This document shows positions 24,365 to 33,407 of a stretch of 40,920 nucleotides of DNA, piece by piece. Position 1 is the first letter of the stretch. Every line of letters begins with the position of its first letter. This stretch comes from a virus (Duplodnaviria; Caudoviricetes). The notes below the pieces were generated by a model. It worked only from the letters and a program-made list of their open reading frames with translations, did no database searches and was not told where the DNA came from. Position numbers and translations under genes: made by a program. Location of the stretch: positions 1 to 40,920 of IMG/VR virus record IMGVR_UViG_3300027798_000093. One strand, 5' to 3'.

Positions 24365-26662
24365 TTATCTAAAATGTACTAAACTAATAAGTCTTTGGAA
24401 CTCTTTATAGCCTTTTGACTCGTTTACATCTGCTAGCTGTGTTTCAAGTGTGGCTACATCAAAAGATGGCATAGATCCAGCTGTCGACGGAGCAGGATAA
24501 TTTTCAGCGTGTGCAACTTCATGAGAATGTCCAACACCTGCTAATCTTAAAACATGTGCTTGTTCTTGTCCATTTACATCACCGCTCGGATCTTTCATGT
24601 CGATAAATTTAATGACTTTCATTAGATCTTCGGGTTGGGCTTGGCCAAATTCACCATCTTCAAACGCTTTCTTAACTTTAATTTTTACCCGCATACCGCC
24701 TAATGGAAAGTTACCTTGTGCTGTATTATAGAACCCACTAATGTACTTTAACATTGCCGGTAATCCGCCTTCTTGATCGAATCCAGCATCTTGTGGTTTC
24801 ATCCCACAAGATTCTAACACTTCGGCAATCGTCATAACTTTATCACCGAAGTCCATTTGTGTTTCTAATGTTGCGCCAGTTTCTTTAGCTTTCTTAAGTG
24901 CAGATTGCAAACCTTGACGTGCTAAGTGACGTGCTTGGCTGTAACCTTGTCCGTGCTTGCCTGGAGTAGTTGGCTTAGATTTTTTATCTTTTGGATCAAC
25001 ATCCCATGGTGGGCTATTATCTTCATCTTTGGATTCTGCTACTGGGATTTCAGGTGCCGGTTCTGCTGCCATCGGTTCTGCCTCAGCTGGTTCTGCCTCA
25101 GCTGGCATTGGTTCTCCGTCGACATCTGCACCGCCAACAGTTTCGTCACCAATGTCTAATTGTGCCGCAACATCTGGATCACGTTGTTGTAAAAATTGTT
25201 GGACTAATGGACGAACATCTAAGTCTGGATTAATATCACGTAGACTGTTTATAAATTCTGGATCATCGATAAGTCCTTTAAGGCTTTCAATAGCATTAAT
25301 GCCTTCTGGGCCACCTTTGATTTCAGCACTCATTAAATCATTTAATTTGTCAATAGCTGAACGACTTGCATCTGGGTTAGGACTAAACACTTCGTCTTTA
25401 TCTTCACGGACGATATCATTCATGAAGTTTTCGTATGCTAGTTCAGGATCTATGGATTCACGCTCCATACGATCGCTGTAATCGTTAGCCATACGTTCTT
25501 TTTTATCTTTTAATGCTTGTAACCTCTTCTTAGCTGACTCGTCTCCGTCCTCTGCTTTCTTCTTCAAGCTGTCCTCATGTGATTTTTCTAAACCACGACG
25601 ATGTTCGGCACTTACTGAGTTAGGGTTGTATGCATCGCTTAGTAATTCGTCAACACCAATTTCTAATACGTCTAATTGTGACTCATCAACAAATTTGTAA
25701 ATGTATGGGAATACTGCTTTAAGTTCTTCGTTAAATGTACGGATAGTCAAACGATCAATTAGGTCGTTTTGAATTTCTTCTGGGATCATTTGCTCTTCTT
25801 GTTCTTCAAATGATTCTACAAATGCTTCGTAATATGCTGGGCGTTGTAGTTTATGGATTGTTTCTTTGATTACATCAATACGCTCTAGTACACGATCAGT
25901 TACACTACCCATCGCTTCACTAACTTGATCCTGGCGGCTAACATAGCCTTTAAATTTACGTAGGCTTGCTAATTCTTCACTCAGACTACAGATATGTTTG
26001 CCAATAGCATCATAAGGATTGCCACCGTGCTTGATATGCTCTGCTAAAGCTCGGGCACCATTTAGATGTTTGTAAGGATAACGGAAACGTTCGCCTTGTG
26101 CATTTTCAATGTAAATTGCATCGATATGCTGTGTACGTCCAGCGGCCATTTCTAAGTTGATAGGTTGTGTGTGCTTGACTACTAGTCTCGCTTCGCCTAA
26201 ATCTTGATAACTCATTCTAGCGTTACCGTACATTTTGTTTTCCATCACAGGTTGCTGTGCCATAACTGGTTCTTCCTTGCGTTTTGCTTGAAACGTATAG
26301 TCTCGTTTGTCTAAATTACTTTTGCCGATATTCTGTATATCAAAATTTAGTAAACGATCTTTAGAAAATTGTCTAAATGATCTGATAAATTTGTATGCGC
26401 CGTGCCGTGTAGTACTGTCTCTATCATCTACTAAATCGCCACTAATTTGTACAACAATACCGTCGTCTGCATCTAGAGTAATAGCAATAGTTCCCAATGG
26501 CTCTCCGTCTTCTTCGTATTCAAACTCAAAGAAGCGGGCTTTAGGAATATCTTCCTTTTTACTTAAAACTTCGGCGTGCTCATCTCCGATTTTAATATCA
26601 GAAAATCGAGTTTGTATTTTGCCGTATAATTCTTGTGCAATTTTATCGAGATTAGCGTTCAT
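24365..26662 (-). CDS. large acidic late protein, probably head-associated
   Basis: 765 aa next to terminase; TAAATA 4 nt before the ATG. Confidence 0.7.
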   Translation of the reverse strand: MNANLDKIAQELYGKIQTRFSDIKIGDEHAEVLSKKEDIPKARFFEFEYEEDGEPLGTIAITLDADDGIVVQISGDLVDDRDSTTRHGAYKFIRSFRQFSKDRLLNFDIQNIGKSNLDKRDYTFQAKRKEEPVMAQQPVMENKMYGNARMSYQDLGEARLVVKHTQPINLEMAAGRTQHIDAIYIENAQGERFRYPYKHLNGARALAEHIKHGGNPYDAIGKHICSLSEELASLRKFKGYVSRQDQVSEAMGSVTDRVLERIDVIKETIHKLQRPAYYEAFVESFEEQEEQMIPEEIQNDLIDRLTIRTFNEELKAVFPYIYKFVDESQLDVLEIGVDELLSDAYNPNSVSAEHRRGLEKSHEDSLKKKAEDGDESAKKRLQALKDKKERMANDYSDRMERESIDPELAYENFMNDIVREDKDEVFSPNPDASRSAIDKLNDLMSAEIKGGPEGINAIESLKGLIDDPEFINSLRDINPDLDVRPLVQQFLQQRDPDVAAQLDIGDETVGGADVDGEPMPAEAEPAEAEPMAAEPAPEIPVAESKDEDNSPPWDVDPKDKKSKPTTPGKHGQGYSQARHLARQGLQSALKKAKETGATLETQMDFGDKVMTIAEVLESCGMKPQDAGFDQEGGLPAMLKYISGFYNTAQGNFPLGGMRVKIKVKKAFEDGEFGQAQPEDLMKVIKFIDMKDPSGDVNGQEQAHVLRLAGVGHSHEVAHAENYPAPSTAGSMPSFDVATLETQLADVNESKGYKEFQRLISLVHFR

Positions 26663-26676
26663 GTTATATTTATGCT

Positions 26677-28269
26677 TTAGTTACTGGAAATGAATATGGG
26701 TAATGGAGCTTCCCAATCGTCGTCTAGTGTGCCTTCAATACTGAGTTTATCAAATACTGCTGGATCCCATTCCGCTAAAATAACAGTCATGCGGATAATT
26801 AGCAGTAAGGCGCTGACTAGATCATCGTGTTGCCCGTCTTTAGCTCTAAATGTTACACCCGAGGCAATGAATGTTTTAAGCTCACTTATTAGCGTTTTGC
26901 TGTAAATTGTCATTTTGTTTTCTTCAACAAAGTACTTTAAACGACTACATGCTGATATTTTATTACCGTGAGTTGTGTTGAATCCTTTGCGGAATTTACG
27001 AACATGTCCTTTACGCACTGGCTCACTTAAGAATAATCCTGGGAACGTTTCCTCACCCAGGTTAGCAATAACAACTAATGCCGCTTCTCCTAGGGTATTG
27101 TTTTCCACGCTCCAGTAAATGCTGTTACGATAATCTTCGCCAATTTCGCTCTGTATATATTTGATCACATCTCGAAATATTTTAACTTGATCTTGCACAA
27201 TAGTTAAGTTATGTTGCCATTCAGCGCATTGTGTCATGCTGGGTAATTCAAATACTTGTATACCTGCAAAATCGCCACCTGTGCCTAAGCTAGGATCTAG
27301 TCCCACAAGATATGTGTTGCCCGGAGTGGGTTTTTTATACCAACGTATTTGTCCCATTTTAAACTGAGGTTCTCTACCAACCATGTCTGTAAGTTTAAGG
27401 GCACTGATAAGCGTTTCATCGTAAATTAAGAATTCACAGCCATACTCACGGCGAAAGCGTTCTTCTCCAATACGTCCTAATTCAACTTTCTTCCATTCGT
27501 CGTCACGATCCGGATGTTCGTGCCATTCAGCTCTAAAGCCGTGGAAGCCGTTGCGGCCTAATCCGTCATCGCGTTCATCGCCATACTCGTTAAACGAATC
27601 CTGACTTTCCTTCCAAATGTTAGCAAATGTATCTTCGTCACTGTTAGGTGTTGAAGTGATAATTGCCTTACCACCAGTTGCTAGTGTTGGGCTTATTGAA
27701 GTCCAAAACTCTTCTGCAATGTTTGGTTGCACGAATGCAAACTCATCACAATATAGTAAGGATATTGACATACCGCGGCCAGTGTTGCCAGTAGTAGTTG
27801 CACTAACGATTCTTGATCCATTTTCAAACTCCATTGATCCTTTGTTGTAGTTAACAACTCCGGCTCTTATATAATCTTCGCAAAGTTCATATCCATAACG
27901 GATACGTTGCATAATTTCCTGTGCGCCCGTATATTTGTGTGCGGCAACTAGAATAGTTTGGTCTGGATGGAACATGGCGTACCATAACAAGTAACCTGCC
28001 GCACAGGTTGTTTTACCACTTTGACGTGGCATCATGTTTACATTAAATCGATAATCGTGATAACTGTGTAGCAACCGTTCTTGATATTCATAAGGTTCAA
28101 ACTTAACCTTTCCTCTAGTTGGGTGCTGTATATGAAAGAAGTTTTTAACAAAATGCATGTACCCCTCAACAGGGTCAGCACAATGCAACAAGTGCTGGAC
28201 TTGTGATTCTGTAAATCTTTCTCTTGTGTGGGCTTTCTTTGTTAAGACGCCGTCTAAACTTTTACTCAT
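26677..28269 (-). CDS. terL: terminase large subunit (T4 gp17-like)
   Basis: YQ adenine motif, PRQSGKT, YCDEFAF, TSTPN, nuclease GLDPS and HDDLV. Confidence 0.95.
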   Translation of the reverse strand: MSKSLDGVLTKKAHTRERFTESQVQHLLHCADPVEGYMHFVKNFFHIQHPTRGKVKFEPYEYQERLLHSYHDYRFNVNMMPRQSGKTTCAAGYLLWYAMFHPDQTILVAAHKYTGAQEIMQRIRYGYELCEDYIRAGVVNYNKGSMEFENGSRIVSATTTGNTGRGMSISLLYCDEFAFVQPNIAEEFWTSISPTLATGGKAIITSTPNSDEDTFANIWKESQDSFNEYGDERDDGLGRNGFHGFRAEWHEHPDRDDEWKKVELGRIGEERFRREYGCEFLIYDETLISALKLTDMVGREPQFKMGQIRWYKKPTPGNTYLVGLDPSLGTGGDFAGIQVFELPSMTQCAEWQHNLTIVQDQVKIFRDVIKYIQSEIGEDYRNSIYWSVENNTLGEAALVVIANLGEETFPGLFLSEPVRKGHVRKFRKGFNTTHGNKISACSRLKYFVEENKMTIYSKTLISELKTFIASGVTFRAKDGQHDDLVSALLLIIRMTVILAEWDPAVFDKLSIEGTLDDDWEAPLPIFISSN

Positions 28270-28283
28270 AACTTTATTTACAC

Positions 28284-28310
28284 AAAAAAAGGGCTCCTAA
28301 GAGCCCTTTT
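28284..28310 (-). terminator. intrinsic terminator
   Basis: GGGCTC-N4-GAGCCC flanked by A7 and T4. Confidence 0.8.
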
Positions 28311-28326
28311 GATACTGCTGACGAAA

Positions 28327-29151
28327 TTATCTTCCTCGTGCTAACTGGACTATACGAGCTAATGCTTGATCTTCGTTATATGTAACTGACTCTGCTTTAT
28401 AATATATTTTACCATCCAACCCTCTATACGTTTCTTTCTTTGGTGCAGGAGCTGGTGCCGCCGCTACTGGGGGCGCAGGAGCTGGTGCCGCCGGCGCTCT
28501 TGGTGCGGGCGCTCTTGGTTGAATTTGATTTATCGCTGACGGTGCCGCTGGTACAGGCGACGGAGCTCTCGATGTGTAAGACCCCATGGTGCCTGCTTTA
28601 GTACCAGTCACTGGTACTGCTGGAGCCATTTGAACTGCGTATTTTTTGCCCTTCCAAGGAAATTGTTTTTCACCTTTTACTCTAGCATCAGCAAATGCCT
28701 GGTTAAATGACATATTATCGCGGTTGATCGGACCAGATGTTTCTGGTTCGTTGGATGCTGGTGCCGCTACTGATTGTAGTGCTGTTGCCGCTACTGGTAC
28801 AGGTGCCGCTACTGATTGTAGTGCTGTTGCCGCTACTGGTACAGGTGCCGCTACTGATTGTGGTGCTGTTGCCGCTACTGGTACAGGTGCTGTTGCCGCT
28901 ACTGGTACAGGTGCCGCTACTACAGGTGCCGCTGCCGCTGCCGCAGGTGCAACTTGAGTCATTGCTGACGGTTGGACCGCTACTTGTGGAGTAACTACTG
29001 CTGATCCGGCGCCAGCTGGTTGTGGTGCGGCGTCTTCATCGTCTTCATCGTCTTCATCGTCTTCATCGTCTTCTTCTTCTACGATAGTTGACGGATTAAT
29101 AGATTCTAATTTAGCAACTAGTATGCGATATTGTTCTGCGGCTGTTAACAT
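28327..29151 (-). CDS. low-complexity Ala/Pro-rich late protein
   Basis: Acidic run, tandem VAAPVPVAATALQS repeats, small SFNQAFADAR..F.WKGKKY domain. Confidence 0.75.
   Translation of the reverse strand: MLTAAEQYRILVAKLESINPSTIVEEEDDEDDEDDEDDEDAAPQPAGAGSAVVTPQVAVQPSAMTQVAPAAAAAAPVVAAPVPVAATAPVPVAATAPQSVAAPVPVAATALQSVAAPVPVAATALQSVAAPASNEPETSGPINRDNMSFNQAFADARVKGEKQFPWKGKKYAVQMAPAVPVTGTKAGTMGSYTSRAPSPVPAAPSAINQIQPRAPAPRAPAAPAPAPPVAAAPAPAPKKETYRGLDGKIYYKAESVTYNEDQALARIVQLARGR
28760..28909. repeat. in-frame 42-bp tandem repeat (3 copies plus a 24-bp partial)
   Basis: GGTGCCGCTACTGATTGTRGTGCTGTTGCCGCTACTGGTACA at 28760, 28802, 28844. Confidence 0.9.
29032..29067. repeat. 9-bp tandem repeat x4 encoding (DED)4
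   Basis: GTCTTCATC four times. Confidence 0.9.
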
Positions 29152-29153
29152 GC

Positions 29154-29756
29154 TTATCTCAATTTCACTTCTTGATACAAGTTGGCTAAATGATTAACTA
29201 ATGATTCACTAACTGCCATAGCATTGTCGCCGTCTTGCGCTTTTGCATATTGTTGTTTTTCTCTATTCAAGTCACCACCGTTATGTGTCATTGCGCTAAT
29301 ATCACTAATTGTTGTGTCAGGTTCTGTGGAAGCTGACTGGAATCCACCGTCACCCTGCTCTTCACCAACACCAATAATCATAGCATCTGCGCCACCAGAC
29401 ATATCATGTGAATGTTCGCCGCTATTTTCTAAGTTGCGTAAGATATCCATCAAGTCACGGATGCCACCTGCACCGCTACCATTCATGCTGATATTCATAG
29501 TAACACTGTCTGGTTGTTTTGGAGCACTTGTGCCCATCATACCGCTTGGCATATTAGCCATTCCTGGCATTCCGCATTCTCCCATATCCTTCTCACCGAT
29601 CAGTAATTGATCTGTTGGAGTTTTTCCCATCGGTGAGTCGCCGCATTCTTCCATATCATCAGCGGACATTTCTGGATTTTCTGCTGACGCCATATCCGGG
29701 TCGCCGTTGGCTTCATCTATTTGTTTCATTCTTGCTAGTAGCTCTTGGAAATTCAT
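29154..29756 (-). CDS. acidic Met/Gly-rich late protein, possibly prohead core-associated
   Basis: 200 aa in the head/packaging cluster. Confidence 0.7.
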   Translation of the reverse strand: MNFQELLARMKQIDEANGDPDMASAENPEMSADDMEECGDSPMGKTPTDQLLIGEKDMGECGMPGMANMPSGMMGTSAPKQPDSVTMNISMNGSGAGGIRDLMDILRNLENSGEHSHDMSGGADAMIIGVGEEQGDGGFQSASTEPDTTISDISAMTHNGGDLNREKQQYAKAQDGDNAMAVSESLVNHLANLYQEVKLR

Positions 29757-29757
29757 A

Positions 29758-30369
29758 TTATCGTCCTCCGACAGTTGGTAAAGTTACTTTCCTGCTGCCT
29801 ACAGGACTTTTAGTATTAATTGATACTTTTTGTTTATCTGCTTTTTCGCTAGGCACTTTCTTCGCTAAAATCTTTTCATTAACACCTTTATACTGCTCAA
29901 GTGTTTTTCTATTTTTAGTTAAGTCTTTTAACATACTCATTGTATGCTTGTCGCCTACTAGATTTTGTCCGTTGTCACCTTCTAAAGGCTTTTCTAGCAA
30001 TGATTCCCCGCTTACTTCATCGTTAGCGTGATTTAATTCTTCTTCAGCTAATTCTTTTTCATTGCGTACTTTAACACAACTTACTGGAACGCCTGCGTGT
30101 TCTGCGATTAATGTTAAAACTTCTGCGCTAGTAGCTGGATATGTTGTTGTAACATCAAAAACAGTTACACCAACATTTTTAAGGCTTGGAAAATCTGTTT
30201 GTGTTTCTTGAATAGGTGTGCTTTTTCCGCTAGTGCAATTTTCAACTTGGAATTTAGACAATCCGCGTTTGATAAGCATAGCACAATCTTTAGGGCATTC
30301 CCCTGCAATTTTAACTTTAAATTCGTAGACTTGTTTACTTTCTACTAGGTAATCTTTGAATGATTTCAT
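29758..30369 (-). CDS. late protein with capsid-targeting-like N-terminus
   Basis: MKSFKDYLVES start; TAAATA at 30393-30388. Confidence 0.75.
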   Translation of the reverse strand: MKSFKDYLVESKQVYEFKVKIAGECPKDCAMLIKRGLSKFQVENCTSGKSTPIQETQTDFPSLKNVGVTVFDVTTTYPATSAEVLTLIAEHAGVPVSCVKVRNEKELAEEELNHANDEVSGESLLEKPLEGDNGQNLVGDKHTMSMLKDLTKNRKTLEQYKGVNEKILAKKVPSEKADKQKVSINTKSPVGSRKVTLPTVGGR

Positions 30370-30390
30370 GTTGTAATCCCGATATTATAT

Positions 30391-30879
30391 TTATTTCATT
30401 TGCTTGAGTTTTTCAAGCAAACTATTACGATCTGAAATAATAACACCGTCGCCTGCTAGATTAACACTGTTATCTTCTTGGTTAGCATCTTGATCTAACT
30501 TTTGTTTTTTAAGCTGTAGTTCAATCATCTTGAGTTTTTTGTCAATTTTTGCGGCTTTAGCATCGATGGCATTTTTAAGCATGCCGCCAGCGACTTCGAA
30601 AATACGTCCAGAATACCTAGCTTCTACATTCATACCCAAGTCCATTAAATCGTCATATGCATCTGTAGCACGTTGTGCCAGTGCATCAAATTCTGCATCG
30701 CTAGCATCGCCTAGTCCTTTTACTGCGGGCAATGCTGATGCAATCTTATCAAACTCGCTGATATCCCGTAACAAAGGTTGGCTCTGTGCAGCCATGTCTT
30801 TTTGCTTTTTCTTTTCTTCTTGCTTGATAACTTCTTTACTAGCAGGAAGATTTAATAGTTCTTCAAGTTTTTTAGTCAT
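30391..30879 (-). CDS. terminase small subunit (gp16-like), putative
   Basis: Helical RIFEVAGGMLKNAIDAK..KLKMIELQLKK resembles the gp16 core; size and context fit. Confidence 0.55.
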   Translation of the reverse strand: MTKKLEELLNLPASKEVIKQEEKKKQKDMAAQSQPLLRDISEFDKIASALPAVKGLGDASDAEFDALAQRATDAYDDLMDLGMNVEARYSGRIFEVAGGMLKNAIDAKAAKIDKKLKMIELQLKKQKLDQDANQEDNSVNLAGDGVIISDRNSLLEKLKQMK

Positions 30880-30886
30880 ACTTTAC

Positions 30887-31327
30887 TTATGCTATGCCGC
30901 CCTGGTGGAATAAATCATTTTCATTAACAATACGGAATCTAATTCCTTGCTGTTTACACCATATATTAGCACTGGCCCATTTGGCTTGATTTTTAATAAA
31001 TTGTGCTTGGTTGTACTTATTCTTGCCAACACGCTCTAATATGCTTTGGCTAGCAGGTTTAATCTCAATTAACTCAACATGCATCTTCATATTTTTATCA
31101 ACATACTGTACAAAGAAATCCGGAACATATACTGTTTGTTTGCCAGTTAACGGATCTCTATAAGGTATTTGTACAGCTTCGCTAGCCCATTTTTGTACAG
31201 CTGGGTTAGTATCACAAAACTTCATGAAACTCCATTCCCAGCTTGATCTATATGTTGGCATTTTTGTACCTACATATTTTGCTGGTTGGGTCATGGTGAA
31301 CTTGCCACGTGCAAATTTGCTAGACAT
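30887..31327 (-). CDS. gp4: head completion nuclease (T4 gp4-like)
   Basis: YRSSWE, WASE, YVPDF, IEIKP, NQAKW. Confidence 0.9.
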   Translation of the reverse strand: MSSKFARGKFTMTQPAKYVGTKMPTYRSSWEWSFMKFCDTNPAVQKWASEAVQIPYRDPLTGKQTVYVPDFFVQYVDKNMKMHVELIEIKPASQSILERVGKNKYNQAQFIKNQAKWASANIWCKQQGIRFRIVNENDLFHQGGIA

Positions 31328-31328
31328 A

Positions 31329-31694
31329 TTAAACTAGAATGTTTCTAACTTCGTATGTGTCAACTAGAGGAGCAATTCTATATCCTAACATACTAGTTTT
31401 TTCTCTGTATGCATTTAAAATCTCTGCTACCACTTGGCTAAGTTGTACATCATTTAATGTTTTAAGTGTATCTATTAATTGAAATACATTTACGTTGTCT
31501 GTTTTAGCTTGATTTAACAAAACCATTGCTGTATTGTTTGCACTTTCTTGATCAAACCCGTTTGATATAAAAAATCCTACAACAGCGTCTATTTGATTTA
31601 CTGGAAAATTAATCTTGTTAGCAAAGAACTTATCAAAAAATTGCCTCACGTTTGTAGAACTATCTTGTGTAGACTGTGTTGATAAATTGCTCAT
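31329..31694 (-). CDS. hypothetical late protein
   Basis: Start moved to ATG 31694 (MSNLST), directly after the upstream stop. Confidence 0.7.
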   Translation of the reverse strand: MSNLSTQSTQDSSTNVRQFFDKFFANKINFPVNQIDAVVGFFISNGFDQESANNTAMVLLNQAKTDNVNVFQLIDTLKTLNDVQLSQVVAEILNAYREKTSMLGYRIAPLVDTYEVRNILV

Positions 31695-31695
31695 A

Positions 31696-32691
31696 TTATG
31701 TACCTGATTTTCTCGGTTGTGCAACTGTAGTATCAGTAGTGGCTGACGGGAATGTGAAACCTTGTAAGCCTGTAATAGAAGATACAGATGTTTTGTTAGG
31801 ATTTGTAATAATACTTGTGAGTCCTGTGCCTGATTTAAATGGCGTATTTTGATAACCATTAACAGTCTTAGACACGTTCTCTAAAATACTAGTAGAGTTA
31901 ATAGTTGTATTACTGTTACCAAATGTTGGTTGTGCTGTTGTAATAGAACCAGAATCTCCTACTTGCAGTGGGCTAGGGGATAAGTCATAATGTTCTAATC
32001 CAAATCCTTCCGGATCACCTTGAGTTATTTCACCTGTATTATACGATACTGCTTCGTATGCTAGTTGCATCTGATTATCGTGTACAGCAGTTTGTCCGTA
32101 GTCAACTTTGTTATGATTCCAATTAGTGATAATTGGGTTGTGTAATTTATAACTTACATACTCATGCCGAGCCATTTGATAAATTGTAATATAATTAAAA
32201 AATGGATTCAAACTGCCGTTGTCTAGACCATAGCTATTGTTAACAAAACTATAATTCTTCGTAGCATTTCTTCTGTAGGCATTAGTATCTTCTGCTGAGA
32301 TTGGATCAGCATAGTAATATTTGTAATAGTTTTGCCACAGCTGATTAATAATTCCCATGTTGTCATCGTGGAAGTTAATCTCAACTGGATTATGTTTGTG
32401 CGTTGTTTGTACGTTTTTCTTTCTGTTATATTGATTAAGCGTTTCTGCAGTTATTGAAAACTGAGGTAAACTACAACTCTTAACTAACATGTTAATTTCA
32501 TTTCTGTGTCTTTGTACTAGATCAATGTTTCTCAATGCACCAATGTTAATATTAAATGCCACATGAAATAAGAATTTATGCTTTGGTGCTAGTCTAAATT
32601 GATCATCAACAAATACCCGTGCGGCATGTTGCTGATCTCGCATCAAAACATTGCTGTTATTATTTAAAAATTGATTAGGTGTAAATGCCAT
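31696..32691 (-). CDS. tail-tube-fold protein (gp19/gp48/gp54-like)
   Basis: KSCSLP, NQYNRK, PVEINFHDD, LAYE; adjacent to the tail tube. Confidence 0.7.
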   Translation of the reverse strand: MAFTPNQFLNNNSNVLMRDQQHAARVFVDDQFRLAPKHKFLFHVAFNINIGALRNIDLVQRHRNEINMLVKSCSLPQFSITAETLNQYNRKKNVQTTHKHNPVEINFHDDNMGIINQLWQNYYKYYYADPISAEDTNAYRRNATKNYSFVNNSYGLDNGSLNPFFNYITIYQMARHEYVSYKLHNPIITNWNHNKVDYGQTAVHDNQMQLAYEAVSYNTGEITQGDPEGFGLEHYDLSPSPLQVGDSGSITTAQPTFGNSNTTINSTSILENVSKTVNGYQNTPFKSGTGLTSIITNPNKTSVSSITGLQGFTFPSATTDTTVAQPRKSGT

Positions 32692-32738
32692 ACTAATATT
32701 TATCGAAGAAATTAACTACGTAGTTAATGATTAGCTAT

Positions 32739-32760
32739 AAAAAAGCTCACCTAAGTGAGC
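32739..32760 (-). terminator. intrinsic terminator after tail tube
   Basis: GCTCAC-N4-GTGAGC followed by T6 on the - strand. Confidence 0.8.
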
Positions 32761-32767
32761 CTTTCTA

Positions 32768-33391
32768 TTAACGTGCGCCAGCCGCTGTAGCCGCTGTGCC
32801 AACATTTCTACCCAATGGAGCTGTTGCGCCGCCGGATGTTTGTATACAGTTATCTGGTTGGATTGCTAAATCAATAGTTAACAATTCTTGTCCACCGTAA
32901 CCTAATGCATTGTAGTTAGCACCTTGTACATAGCAACCATAACATTCCCATGTTTCAAGAACGTTTGGTGCGTGTGCGCCGTTGCCGCCGTCTAACATTT
33001 CAATACGCATTAAAAACTTATAGTCTCCACCTGAAGCCGCACTACTTTGTTCAAAGAAGTCAAACTGCTTCTGCATCTGTTCGCCAACTAGCTTAGATAC
33101 AGATCCAGTTACGTCATCACGTAGTTTAACTGTGATAGCCGCCCACTTTGGACGTCCAGCATAGTGAATCGTCGAGTTGTAAACTGCAATAGTCTGATCA
33201 TCAAACGTAACGTTTGGACGAGCAGCCTCACTTACCTGTTTAGTTAACTCTGTTGTTGGTGTTGATGTACCAAAGTTTTCAAACATCACTCTAAAGCGAA
33301 ACTTGAGCTTTGGCATCAACATGCCCTGTGCGCTAGCCGATTGATCCGATGCTAGCGGTACTGTAAATCTAGATAAACTTGCGATTGCCAT
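32768..33391 (-). CDS. gp19: tail tube protein (gp19-like)
   Basis: RFRV.F, YAGRPKW..ITVKLRDD, W..YGCY; follows the sheath. Confidence 0.85.
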   Translation of the reverse strand: MAIASLSRFTVPLASDQSASAQGMLMPKLKFRFRVMFENFGTSTPTTELTKQVSEAARPNVTFDDQTIAVYNSTIHYAGRPKWAAITVKLRDDVTGSVSKLVGEQMQKQFDFFEQSSAASGGDYKFLMRIEMLDGGNGAHAPNVLETWECYGCYVQGANYNALGYGGQELLTIDLAIQPDNCIQTSGGATAPLGRNVGTAATAAGAR

Positions 33392-33407
33392 TTGTCTGCT
33401 CCGTTAA

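Noticed and set aside
10444-28269. Inteins or group I introns in helicase, UvsW, UvsX or terminase
   Set aside because: Lengths are ordinary and motifs are contiguous, with no splice-junction signatures.
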